Shown one piece after another: positions 12,621 through 26,390 of a stretch of DNA of 64,000 nt. The notes under the pieces are model-generated. The model was not told the DNA's origin, searched no databases, and was given only the letters and a program-made list of their open reading frames with translations. A program made the position numbers and the translations under genes. Position 1 is the stretch's first letter. Each line of letters begins with the position of its first letter. Source of the DNA: Lama guanicoe (taxonomy: Eukaryota). The DNA lies in assembly GCA_013239625.1 (NCBI GenBank), contig MU053652.1:8692077-8756076 (forward strand), read 5' to 3'.

Positions 12621-15509
12621 TTCTTGGCAGCGCTGTCTTTCCGGCACATCAGGCTCAATAAATCATCTTTGGCTCCTTTCTTTTCCTCTTGCCAAATTTA
12701 TCAGGAAATCCATTTGTATCTATCTTCAGAGTATTTCTACAATCTGACAGTTGTCACCATCTTCAGCCTACCACTCTGGTCCAGGCTTCAGCTACTGGAA
12801 AGTTAAGACCACTTAAGAAAAAGTGACTAAATTTGAATAATGGGAATTTTATGGAACAAACATTGTTTTATGTATATAATGTGTTAGAGCTGTTAACAAG
12901 CTTTGCTATACAGAGGATTAAATTAGAACATTGAAACTGTGGTTTACAGGAGCAACTCACAGTTGCTACAGAATAACCCTATTTCTGATTCTGTTCTAAT
13001 TTAAAAGATTAAATTTTGTATGTACATTTGTTGTACAGTTGGTTTTGTTTCCAAGAAAGAGGCAACGTAAGCAGGCTAAATAAAGTTTATGAAATACTAT
13101 CAGTAAACCTCAAGGCTTTAAAACAGAGTTTTTTTTTTTCCCTAGAGAGAGAAAAAAAATTCTGGTTAGTCTATTTCCTGAAAAGTTTGCAAATGCTAAT
13201 GGAACAATTTGAAGAATTCCTGCCAGTCTCCTCCTTGAAAAAAGATAGTAAATGAAATGTCTTTAATGAAAGCCAAATAAGAATAGATTTTTTTTCATGT
13301 GCTAATGCTAAGTTTTCTATGAAATGACACCTTGAAATTTTGGAGAAAAAAAAAACTGGTACATCCAAACTTTCAAAATGTGATATATTTACCTTCTGCT
13401 TTGCTAAAATATTTCTTACAGGTAAAATTGTGACTGTCATATAAAGACAAAATGAAGACACAGGAACTATTTCACTAAATGTATAATTAATGATTGAACT
13501 GGTTAGATGTTAAAACCAGTCCAAAGGACATTTGAAAAGTAGGTGCTTTTAGGCAAGATTCAAATAAGATTCAACGATGACATATACAATTGGTTAATTT
13601 CTAAAAGGGATTGAAACTATCACTTTTGGATTCTCTTATTCACCAGACACAATATATTTCTCTGCCAGACAAAATTCTGCAAAGTGACATGTCACTCGAA
13701 CTGTCTGCAATCTTTAATCAATAGTAAACAGTAGGTTGAACTAAGTACGTTTCCCCACAAGATCGTTGGATGACCTTCGCTTTCATATGACGTTCAAAGG
13801 ACCTGCTCCCTTAACTTTTTGCCTTATTTCTGAGTTTTGGATGCATTTTATGACAGCTTTTAGAATTAGTCTACAAGTGTAAAGATATTTTTATGCTTTT
13901 ATTTTTTTCTCTTTTGCATGGATTGAAAAACTATCCAAAACATTATCCCTCCACCCCCTGAAGGAAACCAAGGATTTCTTCCGCTGTGTAGTTCCGTGTT
14001 TTTCCTGAAGATGCAAACTTACTAGATGGGAAAGTTGCCTAAAACTCTAGAGGAAAATTAAAAGGCTACTTAAGAATCTTCCTTGGGAAGGTTAATTGTG
14101 GATGTAGATATTTAATCACTCTGTGATACTAAATATGCAGCTTTAATATTGATTATATGTAAATTATTTTAAAAGAAATATGTCAAGGTTATATTGGAGG
14201 GAAGAGAAGAACAGGTGGCCTGAGACTCAGGGACTGAATCAGGAGGTGCTGCCAGATGTTGCTCTCCATTCCCTGAACAAACTGGAGCAAGTGAGTCAGA
14301 GACTGGGTGCAGGTGAACGAGAGCACTCTGGATGCGGTCCAGTCATCCTAGAGATGCAGGTTTCTTAGGTTACATTTTGAATGATGCCAAAGGAAACAGC
14401 AGGAAAGGCACTGATTTTTCTGGAGCATTAGGCAGTCATTTGAACGATCACTGCCTTAGGCGTTCACGCCCCAGCCGATTTTGCACAGCTGTCGTCACAG
14501 GACAGCACACTTCCTATCGTAAAGCTGTGTACCTTCTGCCTTTCAGAGACAAGACCTAAGTGCCAGGTTGTCAAAGATCAAGGAAAGAGCCCAGAGTGTG
14601 AGGAAACCTCACTTGCTGTTTGTGGGAATGTAAATGGGAATAAAGCTTCTCCAAAGACAGTTTGGCAATTTCTGTCAGTATCTAAGTATCCAGCATTTGC
14701 AGTGTTCTTTCCATTCAGTGAAAGAAACAGAAATCTAGTTGCAGAGTTCTAAGGACTGAATGGCAACATTCATGTAATTCAGAAAGAAAACTGAATTTGT
14801 GAAATTGCTATTATTACTTTTTCACATACAACTTTTTATCATAAATTAGCCTTCTGCTTTAAACTTAAATCTTTCTAAACCTTTACAGAAAAACTAAAGT
14901 TATGACCATAAGCGATCTTGGCACATTTGTGGGATATGCAGGCTAATTAATTTTAGAAATATGACCATATTGCTGTTTAGTAATACGAGTTTTTCAATTT
15001 GAATGCCTATTTGTATAAAAAATATTCTCCCAATAATATACATCTGCAGTATGAAAGAGAAATACTGCTAAAATGTTCGTTTCCTAACAGGCAGAGCAGT
15101 ATTTACTGAACATTTTTCTTACAGACCAGTTACTCCAAGTATTTCAAAGCTAACAGTGGCTAATTACGATTCATCTCTTCACCAAAACTTTTTACATATA
15201 CGTTTTCAGAGTTTGTTTTTCCCTTCGGTAAATACCACATCACAAATAAAGTGAATGTGAAAATGTATATCATGCTATTCATTTTGTGCCATAGTGATCC
15301 TTTATGAAGTATTTCAGGTACTGTTAGATATAATCAAAATTGCCAAAACCTGAGGCTTTTAAACCTAGTGACGAAAATATCAGGTAAATGCATTGGATTG
15401 AGTGTCACAGTTTCGAAGACAGCCAAGTATATATACATTATATAATCTTTTATGATAAAATTGAAATATGACTCGTGTAACACTATTATTTTTAAAAATT
15501 CTTTTCAAG

Positions 15510-15746
15510 GAAAGAAGATTCCCCAAATTTATAGCAAAAGAAATGGAGAATATGTATATAGAAGAGTTGCGGTCTTCGGTGAATTTGCTAATGGCCAATT
15601 TGGAAAGTCTTCCAGTTTCGAAAGGTGGCCCCGAATTTAAATTGCAAAAATTAAAACGTTCACAGAATTCTGCATTTTTGGACATAGGAGACGAGAATGA
15701 GATTCAGCTGTCGAAGTCGGACGTGGTCCTGTCATTCACCTTGGAG
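15510..15746 (+). CDS. CADPS2: CADPS2 internal coding exon (237 nt, phase 0-0; probably exon 5): [79 protein letters not shown]
   Basis: Lies within ORF 15468..15812. Acceptor cttttcaag|GAA and donor GAG|gtaagt. Recognisable CAPS2 peptide leading into the C2 domain. Confidence 0.97.
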
Positions 15747-16397
15747 GTAAGTAGCTTTATCCTGTGCTCGCTTCTGACAGCATCAGCGAGCCTGCAAGGT
15801 CATTTCTGCTGACCTTCCTGGTAACACTTCACATTTAAAACATATTCTGAAGAATTTAAATTATTCTTCATTTACTAGACAATCAGACAGTGAATGCAAA
15901 TCAATGCAAATTGTCCCTTAAACAAAACAGCGGTATTAGGGTTAACTAACAAAATAATAAAAGTGTTGAGGCAAGTCTTCTTGGTGCCAACCAGGCGAGT
16001 GTAAGTTCATTAATAAAGTGAGCATTGAAACACACTTGGGTAGAAATAGGATTTAAACACATAACTGAACCCTCTGTAATTTGGAAACTCCTTTCAGGCT
16101 TTTGGTTAGCCTTGTTTTTAATCTACTTCACCTATGAGGTCCTCTTTCCAGGATCAAATCACATAAACCAGCTGTAACGCACAGTATTGGGTACGAGAGG
16201 TGATGAGAGAAGTAAAGACTCCTTCCTTTCGAGGACTTCCAGTTCCACTGTAGGTACAGTAAATATGAAAAACAAAAACAAATGTTGTGCATTTAAAGTT
16301 GTGTTCCCCAAGACTTCAGAGTTTCATCCCTTTTATTCTAATCACTGGAAACCAGAGATATTGATAACTGACTCTTATAATGCTACTTGTGGATTTT

Positions 16398-16809
16398 AAA
16401 AAAATTTTTATTGAAGTATAGTTGATTTACAGTGTTGTGTTAGTTTGGGGTATACAGCAAAGGGATTCAGTTATACGTATACATACATATTCTTTTTCAG
16501 ATTCTTTTCCATTGTAAGTTATTACAAGATATTGAATATAGTTCCCTGTGCTACACAGTAGGTCCTTGTGTTTATTTTATATACAATAGTGTGTATATGT
16601 TAATCCCAAACTCCTAATTGACCCCTGCCCCCACCTCTTTCCCCTTTGGTAATCATAGTTTGTTTTTATGTCTGTGATGAGTCTATTTCTGGTTTGTAAA
16701 TAAGTTCATTTGTACCTTTTTTTTAAGATTCCATATACAAGTGATATCATAGGATGTTTATCTTTCTCTGTCTGACTTACATCACTTAATATGACAATCT
16801 CTGGGTCCA
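16398..16809 (-). mobile_element. 5'-truncated L1 3' UTR (artiodactyl-type)
   Basis: ttttattgaagtatagttgatttacagtgttgtgttag...agattccatatacaagtgatatcatagg. Imperfect TSD acttgtggatttt / acctgtggatattt on the flanks. Confidence 0.85.
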
Positions 16810-18586
16810 ACCTGTGGATATTTTTCATAATGACATTTCTTCACTGCTAATCCCTGAATATGGGCTAATTCGGGTATATATTCCTGGGTTTGTACACAAC
16901 AGCCACACGTCCCCTGACAATATGAAGCTTAAACGTACAGCTCTCTCATAAATTAAAGTTTGTGTCTCCTTCCTTGTGCTATTGTGTGCTCTCCCTGCTG
17001 GTTCCCAGTACTGCTATTTGAGTTTGCTCCTTGACAAAGCAAAGTACATGGAGTCTTAGGAGGGACGGTTTTAAATTTCTGTAAATACTTCTCACACTTG
17101 ACTTGCTTTGTTTATGGCAGAAAAAGCAAATGTCCGCTTCTGTTCTTTCCTCCACTTACTCACCTCTAAGAGAAAGTCAGGCTTAAGGATAAGACAACTT
17201 GCCTCTCTCTTAACTTCCAGGCTAACAATTTCTTGGTAGGTTAACAGATTAAATTTAGTGTCAGAGTAGAAATAGGTTTTCCTCTGACTCCAAACTCAGT
17301 TCTGGGGTTGGTTAATGACCTTGCTCCTGGGTTTCTTCTCAATCTCTTTAGCCTCATAACCTAAGGAAGTTTAATCTGAAACTACATGGTATCTTACGTG
17401 TAAAATTTCCCAATCATTCCTGCCTTGGGTTTCCTGCTGACGAAAATGTAAAGTGCCAGCTCTTTTTTTTCTTCAGGTTTGTACAAAACAAAATCAATTA
17501 TTTAATTACAGTATGACTTTTTCTAACACAAGGTTGGCATTTAAATTTGTTAATGATGAAAATAATTTGGAAAACAAGTCATTTGTTGTAACGTGTAAAC
17601 CTACCATTATCTCTATAAGCACACAGTACTGAAAGCAGTTCGAAACATTCTTTTTTCTCTCTTGTTTAAAAATCTTACACCATTGTAAATAATTAGCTTT
17701 TATGAATTCTCTTTTTCCCTTTCGAAAACAAAACTTGCTCAGGAGTTAGTGTTTCTGTGAGGCTAAGAATTGTTGTTCTGTACTTTATTGCCAGTATGTT
17801 AAACAGGTCTGTTTGGTTAATAAAATGGTGTTAGGAGGACAATATGAGTTAAAACTTAGTTTTGCCATAATCTGAGCAGCCTCCATATTTATATGATTGT
17901 TTTGACACCCTCCACTGCTATGTCTATATACGGAGATAATTTCCTGTTATGCATAGCATTAATGCAGATCTGGTCCATGGTGCCTACTGTATATTAAATA
18001 GGAGTTATGTGTCTGACCACAAAATGAAATCACTTTCAGGGTGCGGGACACCCGAGGGAATGGCCTAGGAGCCTCCTCCCACCCCACAGCCTCTGACCTC
18101 AGCCAAACTGAGTCGCTATCCCAGCCCATCTTCCAATCCTTGTTCCTCAGACCCCAGATTTCAGCCTAAGAAAGCTTTGAAAGGCAGGCAGTTAATCCAA
18201 TTTAAGAGTATCATATTTCATCAGTCAGGCCTAGTGTTGGTCCTGTGGAGAAGTTTTTTCTAAGAACTGAACTGTGAGTCTTGAAGAAGAAGTGCAGATT
18301 TGAAAAGCTGCTCAAATTTGATCATGTCTTTATAGGTGCTCCCCACTCCTCCCTTGTCCCTCCACACCCCATTCCCTCATCAAGCTCATGTTTGCTGTAG
18401 CTTTTACCACCAAACATAGAATTCACTTATTTATTATGTTATCTGACTTTCTTTGCTAGAATGTAAACTGTAGGAAGTTAAGGTCTTTTTTTTTCCCTCT
18501 CTCTCTCTCTCTCTCTTTTGTTGACTGAGTTAGTCCAAGAGTCTAAACCAGTGCCTGGCACTCAGTTGACTCGATCAATATTTATT

Positions 18587-18743
18587 TACTTATTTTAAAC
18601 ACCTTTATTGTGATATGATTCCTGTACAGTGAACTACACATATTTCATATGTACAATTTGATAAATTCTGATAGATGTATACACCCATGAAACCACCACC
18701 ACAAGATAACTAACATTTCCATCACTCCCCAAGAGCTGCAGTT
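18587..18743 (-). mobile_element. Short L1 3' end inserted into the tail of a + strand L2 (L2 about 18340-18586)
   Basis: ctttattgtgatatgattcctgtacagtgaactacacata...cccatgaaaccaccaccaca. Exact 14-bp TSD gatcaatatttatt at 18573-18586 and 18744-18757. Confidence 0.8.
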
Positions 18744-21455
18744 GATCAATATTTATTGGATTAGGGACTTTTTTGGTATCAAAAAGCAGCAGTTAGCTTC
18801 ACAAGATTAGTTTTAGCTTTCACCACTCATGAAGACTTCAGAGAGAACAGTAAAGCAAGAGATAAGCTAATCTACAACCCATATGATGCTTTGTTAAAAT
18901 TAAATACTCAAGTGAAGCTAGGAAGACAAATGTTCACCCATGTTAAGAGTCTGGCTGTTGTAAGGGGAATGGTGTCAGTGGCATGAGTATAGTTGATTTT
19001 CACACCGAGTGTTTTTGTTGGTATTAGGCCAGTGACCCTGTGACTGCCTTCATGTCTGATGGCATGTGGATGGTCGCCCATACACCACCATACAACTCAG
19101 CTTCCTTTCCCCACAACCCGCACATACCCAAGTGCCACATAGCTCTGTGGGTAGGCAATGCATTGTTCAGAAACATGTTTCTAGTTTCACTAGTTTCATA
19201 TTTTGTACATGCCTCCCTTCTTTTTGCTTCTAGAATAACTTCATTTTTCCTTACTACATCAGTCCTAAAGAGATCTGGTGGGGGTGGGGGACAAGATAAA
19301 ACGTAGATCAGTTTTATTTTCTGTAGTTCCATTAGCAAGTTTTGCTGGGAATTGGTTGTAAGACAGTCACCTAAAATTAGGTTAGTTGATGGTCCATGGA
19401 ATTCTTAGCTGTCTTTATCATTAGTGATGGAGACTAGCTGTGCTTTTTAAAATTCCTTTTAGAAGTCAGAGCTGTAGAGTTGTGTTGTCTTATTCACAAA
19501 GAAGTATGGCTTCATAACAGGAGTTCCATCTCTGCAAGATAGAACATTCTGGGCACAGATGGGTGTATTGTTCTGAGGAGCAGAAAGCCGTTTCACAAGT
19601 CATGTGTTTTAGGCGGTCCTGTTTCCAGTAGCATGTAGTGGAGGTGACAGAAATAGTGTTAAACGGGTGCTTCCTTTCTTCTCTCTTGCACTTTGGCTAT
19701 TAAATGCACTACAGACAGAGATACAGCACAAGCAGTCATATCCTCACATACGAACCCAAGCTGTCAAGGTTCCTAGATTTATCTTGTGTACACAGTTCTG
19801 TCCCATACTTAAGTGACTGTCAAAACATTATCATTGAATTAAGACTTCATTAAAGTTATGGTAGTAGGTCCTCATGGAGGATTAAAGGAGGACCTTTTAA
19901 TCGGTATGGTTATATATTTCATTTGTCTCAGATTCTTGTCAGCTCTGTTTATATAAGAATCTAAGGACAAGTTTGTTGCTATATTCCTGACAAAAACTTG
20001 ATTTATTGAAAGCGAACAACTTCTTTTCCTTATTTTCCGTAAACAAGATTTAGTACTTCACCTCAATTTCCTTGAGTATTAGCACAATGGTAAAAGAAGT
20101 GACTGTTATCTATTAATTCTCTGTTAATTCTCATAGTCTGTTTTCAGTTAAGTATTTTAGTTCATATGTTGGGGTGCATTTCACTGTGACAAAATGACAG
20201 AAGCCTTGGTTGAGAGAGGAAAATGGTTCTGAATTTGACTTGTATTTTTTGGTGATCACTTTCCCATATGATTTTGTGAGAAAACAAAACAAAAATGAAA
20301 AGCCTTTGTGCTTACAAACATAACCCTTCTGTTGTATCAGATTTGAAAGGGAGAAAAGTTCTTTAAAGATGATTTGTTTCCTTGAGACTTTTTGCCTCAT
20401 GACCCATATCAAAGCTCTATGAAAAGTGTGGTGATTTTAATAAAGTATTAAAAGATCAATAAATGATATAGATGATACTTTGAGGATATTTTGCTAGGTA
20501 CATGGCGTGAATGCTATTAGTCTTGTTTGTACATTACAACATGAGATCAGTAAATGAATGTGCACATATAAAAATGCCATTAAATGTATTTTCTGAATGT
20601 TAAGAATTTGGGAAACTTCATGATGCAAGTTTTGGTTAAAAAACTACAGTGAATAATATTCAGTGGTATATTCATATTTTAAAATGTGCGCATCCAGTGT
20701 GGATGTTAGGTTACAGTGCTTTAAGATTGGCAGACTTTTATACAAACATAAAAAGCATACTTGAGAAGTATGTTTCCCTCTCCCCCAGGAGTTAAAATAT
20801 AGATGGTAATATCAGTCTTTCCACCCTTTTCCAGTGGACTACATTAAGTTAGTTATGCATCTCTAACGGATGGGAAAGTTTTTTTCCTTGTCAAATTACT
20901 AGTAGGATATTTATTGGCAAGTAAAATTTTCCATAATTTTGCAGTAAGATATACATTGGCCATAAAGAAAATTCTTTTATAAATGCTAGTAGACATATAA
21001 AATAAGTCAAAATAGAAGTTTTCTGATGCCATGTATTGATTTCAGTGAATTAGTATCATGGTGACAATGTCTACCAGTCATTTTTCTGGAACTCAACCTG
21101 TCTTCCTTTCATCACATTCAGTGAATTTTCATTAATCTGCTTTACCTCATGCAGACTTGCCATAATTTTTTAAAGTCTCAGAGTTTATATTTCACTTAAT
21201 TCACTATGGTTTGTATTTAGAGACTTTCATCTTTAATAGCTGGCAGGAGATGTGTCTTCAGATACCAGACTTCCTCAAAATGCATTTACTATACCTTCCG
21301 TGAATAAGGCAGATTATAAAGAAGATAGACAACCACTGATATTGCCAGATCATTTTATCAGTTGGTCTTCCTGGTTGTAGTTCATGCTGTTCTCTCTGTA
21401 TATTGCTGAGTGCTGTCAACTTGACTTATCAGTTAAACATTTTTCTCCTCTTCAG

Positions 21456-21577
21456 ATCGTCATAATGGAAGTGCAAGGTTTGAAGTCAGTTGCTCCCAAT
21501 CGAATCGTTTACTGTACGATGGAAGTGGAAGGAGGTGAAAAACTGCAGACAGACCAGGCAGAAGCCTCGAGGCCACA
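21456..21577 (+). CDS. CADPS2: CADPS2 internal coding exon (122 nt, phase 0-2; probably exon 6), C2 domain: [40 protein letters not shown](Q)
   Basis: Lies within ORF 21384..21581. Acceptor ttttctcctcttcag|ATC and donor CA|gtaagc. KSVAPNR and ASRPQ fit CADPS2 rather than CADPS1, from recalled sequences. Confidence 0.97.
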
Positions 21578-22499
21578 GTAAGCTGTTTGAAAAAAATTTT
21601 TTTTTGTTTTTTGTTTTCCTTCCTTCCCAAAGCAATTTGCCTTATTCATTTGCAGAATTGTATGGTTTTACACTCTGAAACTGTTATGTGGCTAGCTTTG
21701 TCTCAGCTGTGTTAGAATCAGTGTGTGCCTTTCTGGATAATTAGAGCTGTAGCAGAATCCCTGTGTAATACAAACAGAAAATCCAACGTGCAAATGTGAA
21801 GCTAATTATTAGGCAATTAAATGTTTGTAAGTCATTTGTCAGGAAAGCATGTTTTGTTATCATATGTCGTGTAAAAAGCAGTGCTTGACCCTACGTCAGT
21901 GGCTAGCAGTGGAATCTGTAGTCTGTCCATTTCTGTGTGTTCGAGCTCCATGGTGGGGCCGAGCTGGACCTGCTATTCTGCACAACATCTTGGGATACTT
22001 TAGTGAGTTGAAGAACTAGGCAATGACTACTGTGCAGTAATTGGAGACGCTAAAGCTGTTCTTTCCTGGCAAGTTTATGTTTCAAATTCTGGAATGAGTT
22101 AAACTAAGTTGGGAAAATGTTCTTTTGAACGGATTCAAACTTTGAAAACATTAGAGTCTTTGGTAGAAATCACCCGGTTGGCCTGAAGACTTCAAATGAA
22201 AACTGCCTGCCCTTCATTTGTACACTGCCTTTAGGTAACATTTTTTTCTTCCACTTAAACTTTATGCAGAATTTCGTACAAGACTTAGGAGTTTTGCCTT
22301 ATCAGGGTATCAATATGTGGCCTGTTGATTCAGGAAACTTCGACTTCCGGTGAGATGCTGGCTGGGCACTGGCTAGGCACCGGGCAGAGAGGAACAAGAC
22401 ACTTCCATCTGCTTTAGGGCAGGCGCAGTCCAAGAGGGGATACAGAGGATTAAGTGTAACAGGACAGATACGCACAGAGTATTATGGAATTGAGAAGAA

Positions 22500-22960
22500 G
22501 TAAGTTGAAACTTCTCACCCCACCTTGCAAAGTCCTGCAGGTCTGTCCCTGCCCAGCCTCTCATTACCTCTGGGACCGCCCCTTGCCCCTCCATGCCCCT
22601 GGCCGGTTTCTGTTCCACCACCTGGACATGGTGCAGTTCCTCAGACATACCTGCCTACTCTTATCATTGCAGGTGCATTTCCCTCTGCCTACAGCCACCT
22701 TCCCTGTTATCTTTTTATAGCTGGGTCCTTAGTGTTGAGAAACTTAAACTTCACTTGCTGAGAACAACCCTTCCCTTTAGATAACCATCGGTGCTGAGCA
22801 GATATTTCCTGGCTCATCTCTTTATAGGTTTTAGGTGAATGGGTTTCTCTCTGTTCATTTTGTATCGTGTTTCGCCTTGAGAAAAGGACAGAGTCCTTTT
22901 CTTATTTGTTTTTGTATCCTAGACCCTGGTAGGTCCTCCGTCAGAATTTACTAATTCAGC
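22500..22960 (+). mobile_element. LINE-2 fragment
   Basis: aaagtcctgcaggtctgtccctgcccagcctctc...ccttgagaaaaggacagagtccttttcttatttgtttttgtatcctag. Confidence 0.6.
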
Positions 22961-23204
22961 TGCCCACGCTGACTTTGATGTCTTAGTCACAGTATATATT
23001 TAAGGGCGTGGTATTCACAACTGCAGCCAAATAGAATTGATTTAAAGTATGACAAGGAAGTGACAATAGTGAGGATAAATAGCTCTTGTAAGAGGTTAGA
23101 GCCTCTCAAGAGGAGGCGGTGAGAGAGAGAAGGAAATTGGGGCCATTTCTGGCAGGACGTGTGGAGTCAAGGGAGACGTTTGGTGTGTGTGGTAAAGATC
23201 AGCT

Positions 23205-25745
23205 GTGCCAGTATATTCACAGAGCTTCACAGCCATAGTCAATTTTAGAACATATTCATCACCTCGGAAAGAAACTCTGTACCTTTTACTTGTCAACCTC
23301 AAATCACCCCAGCCCTAAGCAAATATTAATTGACTTTCTGTCTCTATGAGTTTGCCTGTTCTGGACATATCATATAAATGGAAACATATACTGCGTGGTC
23401 TTTTGTGTCTGGCTTCTTTCACTCAGCATGTGTGTTCAGGGTTCATCCATCTTAGGGCATGTATCAGGGTTTCATTCCTTTTTAGGGTGGAATGATATTC
23501 CCTCATATAGATATACTACATTTTGTTTATTCACCTAGGCTGACGGCACTTGGGTTGTTTCCACTCTTTGACTACTGTGCATAATGCAGGAGTTAAAGCT
23601 GGTATACAAGTACCCTCAAATGTAGCTATTTTCAATTTTGGGGGTTATATGGGTAGGAGTAGAGTTGCTAAATGATGTGATAATTCTATGTTTCATTTTT
23701 TGAGGATCCAGAAAAATGCTTTTTCACAGTGACTTCACCATTTTACTTTCCCACCAACAATGTGTGAGAGTTCTAATTTCTTCTGTTCTCACCAGTGCTT
23801 ATTATATGACTTGAAAAAATATATGCAGTTATCCTAGTAGAGTGAAGTGGTCTCTTGTGGCTTTTGATTTGCACTTCTGTAATGGCTAGTAATGCTGAGC
23901 ATCTTTTCATATACTATAATGTCCATTTGTTTATCTACTTTAGAGAAAGAAATGTCTATTCAAAATTTTTGTCCATTTTTTATTCAATCTGTTGCCTTTT
24001 GGTTGTTAAGTTGAAAGACCTATTTGTATATTCCACTTACTAGACCCTTATTGGATATATGATTTGCAAATGTTTTCTTCCATTCTGTGCCTTGTCATCT
24101 TATTTATAATGTCTTTTGAAACAAAAGTTTTACAGCTTTAAGTCCAATTTACCTAGTGTTTCTTTGTTGCTTGTGCTTTTGGTGTCATATCTAAGAATCC
24201 AATGCCAAATCCAAGGTCACAAAGACTTATCTCTGATTTCTCCTAAGACTTTTATCATTTCAGCTCTTACATTTAGGTCATTGATCCATTTTAAGTTAGT
24301 TTTTGTACATGGTGTGATGTAGGGTACAACTTCCTTCTCTTGTGTGTGACAGTCCAGTCATCCCAACACCATTTATTGAAGAAAGTATTACTTGTCCATC
24401 AAATGTTCTTGGTACCCGTTTGAAAATCATTTGACCATAGATACTTGGATTTATTTACAGACTCTCAGATTAATTCCCTTGATTTATTTATATGTGTATC
24501 CTTATCACAGGACTACATTATCTTGATTACCATTGCTTTGTATTAAATTTTAAAATCTGGAGTGTGAGTCTTCCAAGATTATTTTGGCTATTCTGCTTTT
24601 CCATATGAATTTTAGGATCAGTTTGTCAATTTCTGCAAAGATGTTGCAAATATCACTAGCTAGGATTCTAATAGGGATTATATTGAATGTGGGGTCAATT
24701 TGGAGAGTTTTACCATCTTAATAATATTAAGTCTTCCTACCCAGGAACATGAGATGTCTTTCCATGTAACTAGATCTTTAATTTCTTTCAGCAATGTTTT
24801 ATGGTTTTCAAAGTAGTTTTGTCCTTCTTTGGTTAAATTTATTTATCGTATTTTTATTCTTTTTGATCTTTTGTAAATAGAATTGTTCTTTTCTTGGATT
24901 GTTCATTGCAAGTGTATAGAATACAGTTGATTTTTGTGTATTAATCCTATGTACTGCACCCTTGCTGAACTTGTTTATTCTAATAGTTTTTTTAATTGAA
25001 TTTCTTAAATTTTTCTATATGTAACATCATGCCATCTGCAAATAGTGATCATTTTACTTCTTATTCTTCAATCTGAATTCTTTTTCTTTTTTTCTTTTAT
25101 TTTTTTGCCTAATTGCCCTTAGTAGCTCCTCTAGCACAATGTTAAATAGCAGTAGCAGGAGTAGACATCCTTATATTTCTGAAAATATAGGAAGGAAAAG
25201 CACTATCTTTTGTCATTAAATATGATGTTAGCTGTGCCCTTTTCATAGATGCCCCTTACCAGTTTGAGAAAGTTCCTTTCTATTCCTAGTTTGAGTGGGT
25301 TTTTTTTTTTTCCACGAAAGGGTGTTGGATCTTGTCAAATGCTTTCTCTGCATCTACTGAAATGATCATATATTTGCTTCTGTTCTGTCAATATGGTATA
25401 TTGTATTATTTGACTTGGGGGTGGTAAACCAATTTTACATTCCTGGCATAAAATGCCACTTGGTCATGATGTGTCATTCTTTTTGTTACGGGACTGAGTT
25501 CTCTAGTGTTTTGTTGAGGATTTTTAAATTCTGTATTCATAATAGATATTGATCTGTAATGTTCTTCCTGTGGCCTCTCTGTGTGATTTTATATTGGCTT
25601 CATAGAAGTCTTCTACTTTTTAGAAAGGTATGAAGAATTGGCATTAATTATTCTTTCTGTGTTTGGTAGAATTACCAGGGAAAGCATCTGAGGCTGGACT
25701 TCTCCTTGTTGGTATTTTCTGATTCCTAATTCTGATTACCTAATC
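23205..25745 (-). mobile_element. Old L1 (L1MB-like), ~2.5 kb of 3' UTR plus ORF2 relic
   Basis: Continuous antisense L1 text (ctggcttctttcactcagcatg; ttcccaccaacaatgtgtgagagttc; ccatatgaattttaggatcagtttgtcaatttctgcaaa) with no long ORF. Confidence 0.9.
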
Positions 25746-25759
25746 AGCCATGACGGCCC

Positions 25760-26005
25760 TGCCAGGTCGAGTTCCTGGTGAGAGCCCTCTTCCTGCTTCA
25801 CAGGTGGCAGCCTGCTTGCTGTGTCCTCACATAGTGAAGCGACAGATCTCATTTCTCTTCATCCCTTATAAAGACACCAATCCCATCATGGGGCTCCACC
25901 CCCATGACCTCATCCAAGCCCAGTTACCTCCTGGAGGCCCCCCTCCAAATACCATGACACTGGGGATTAGGGCGTCAAAATACTGATCCTAGGAAAGTTA
26001 CAAAC
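25760..26005 (-). mobile_element. MaLR LTR fragment (MLT1A-like)
   Basis: ctggtgagagccctcttcctgc...ttgctgtgtcctcacatag...cttataaagacaccaatcccatcatggggctccacc...ctccaaataccatgacactggggattaggg. Confidence 0.8.
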
Positions 26006-26089
26006 ATTACCTTCCTCTTGTGCTCTGTGAGTTCCCGAGGGAGTGCACATGCCCTAAGAATCTCAATGCCATGTTGTTTGTATAGAACC

Positions 26090-26390
26090 TTTTTTTAAAG
26101 TTTTCTTGGGGTAGAATTAGTATAGTATAAAATTCTTTTATTGAAATTTAGGTGATTTTTAGTCAGTTTATCCCCTTGTGCCACTATCATCAAAATTCAG
26201 TTTCAGAACGTAGTCTCTCAGAAAGTTCCCTCAGGCTCATTTGCAGTCTTTTCCTGCTCTTACTCAGTTCTAGGAAACCACTCCTGTGCTTTCTCGCTCT
26301 ATAATTTTATTTTTTTTCCCCTGGGCATTTCATGTAAATGAAATCATGCAATATGTAGGCTTTTGTATCTGGCTTTTTTTCACTTACCAT
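26090..26390 (-). mobile_element. L1 3' end fragment
   Basis: ttgtgccactatcatcaaaattcagtttcagaac...catttcatgtaaatgaaatcatgcaatatgtaggcttttgtatctggctt. Confidence 0.75.

Noticed and set aside
13683..13696. Perfect 14-bp palindrome AGTGACATGTCACT
   Set aside because: A few palindromes of this length are expected by chance in 64 kb, and there is no other support.
17455..17482. Recursive-splice-like ttttttttcttcag|gtttgt
   Set aside because: The donor is weak and the host intron is only 5.7 kb, so recursive splicing is unlikely.
19866..19902. Alternative short hairpins (aggtcctc/gaggacct and gattaaa/tttaatc)
   Set aside because: Stems of only 7-8 bp, with no pre-miRNA-length structure or snoRNA boxes.
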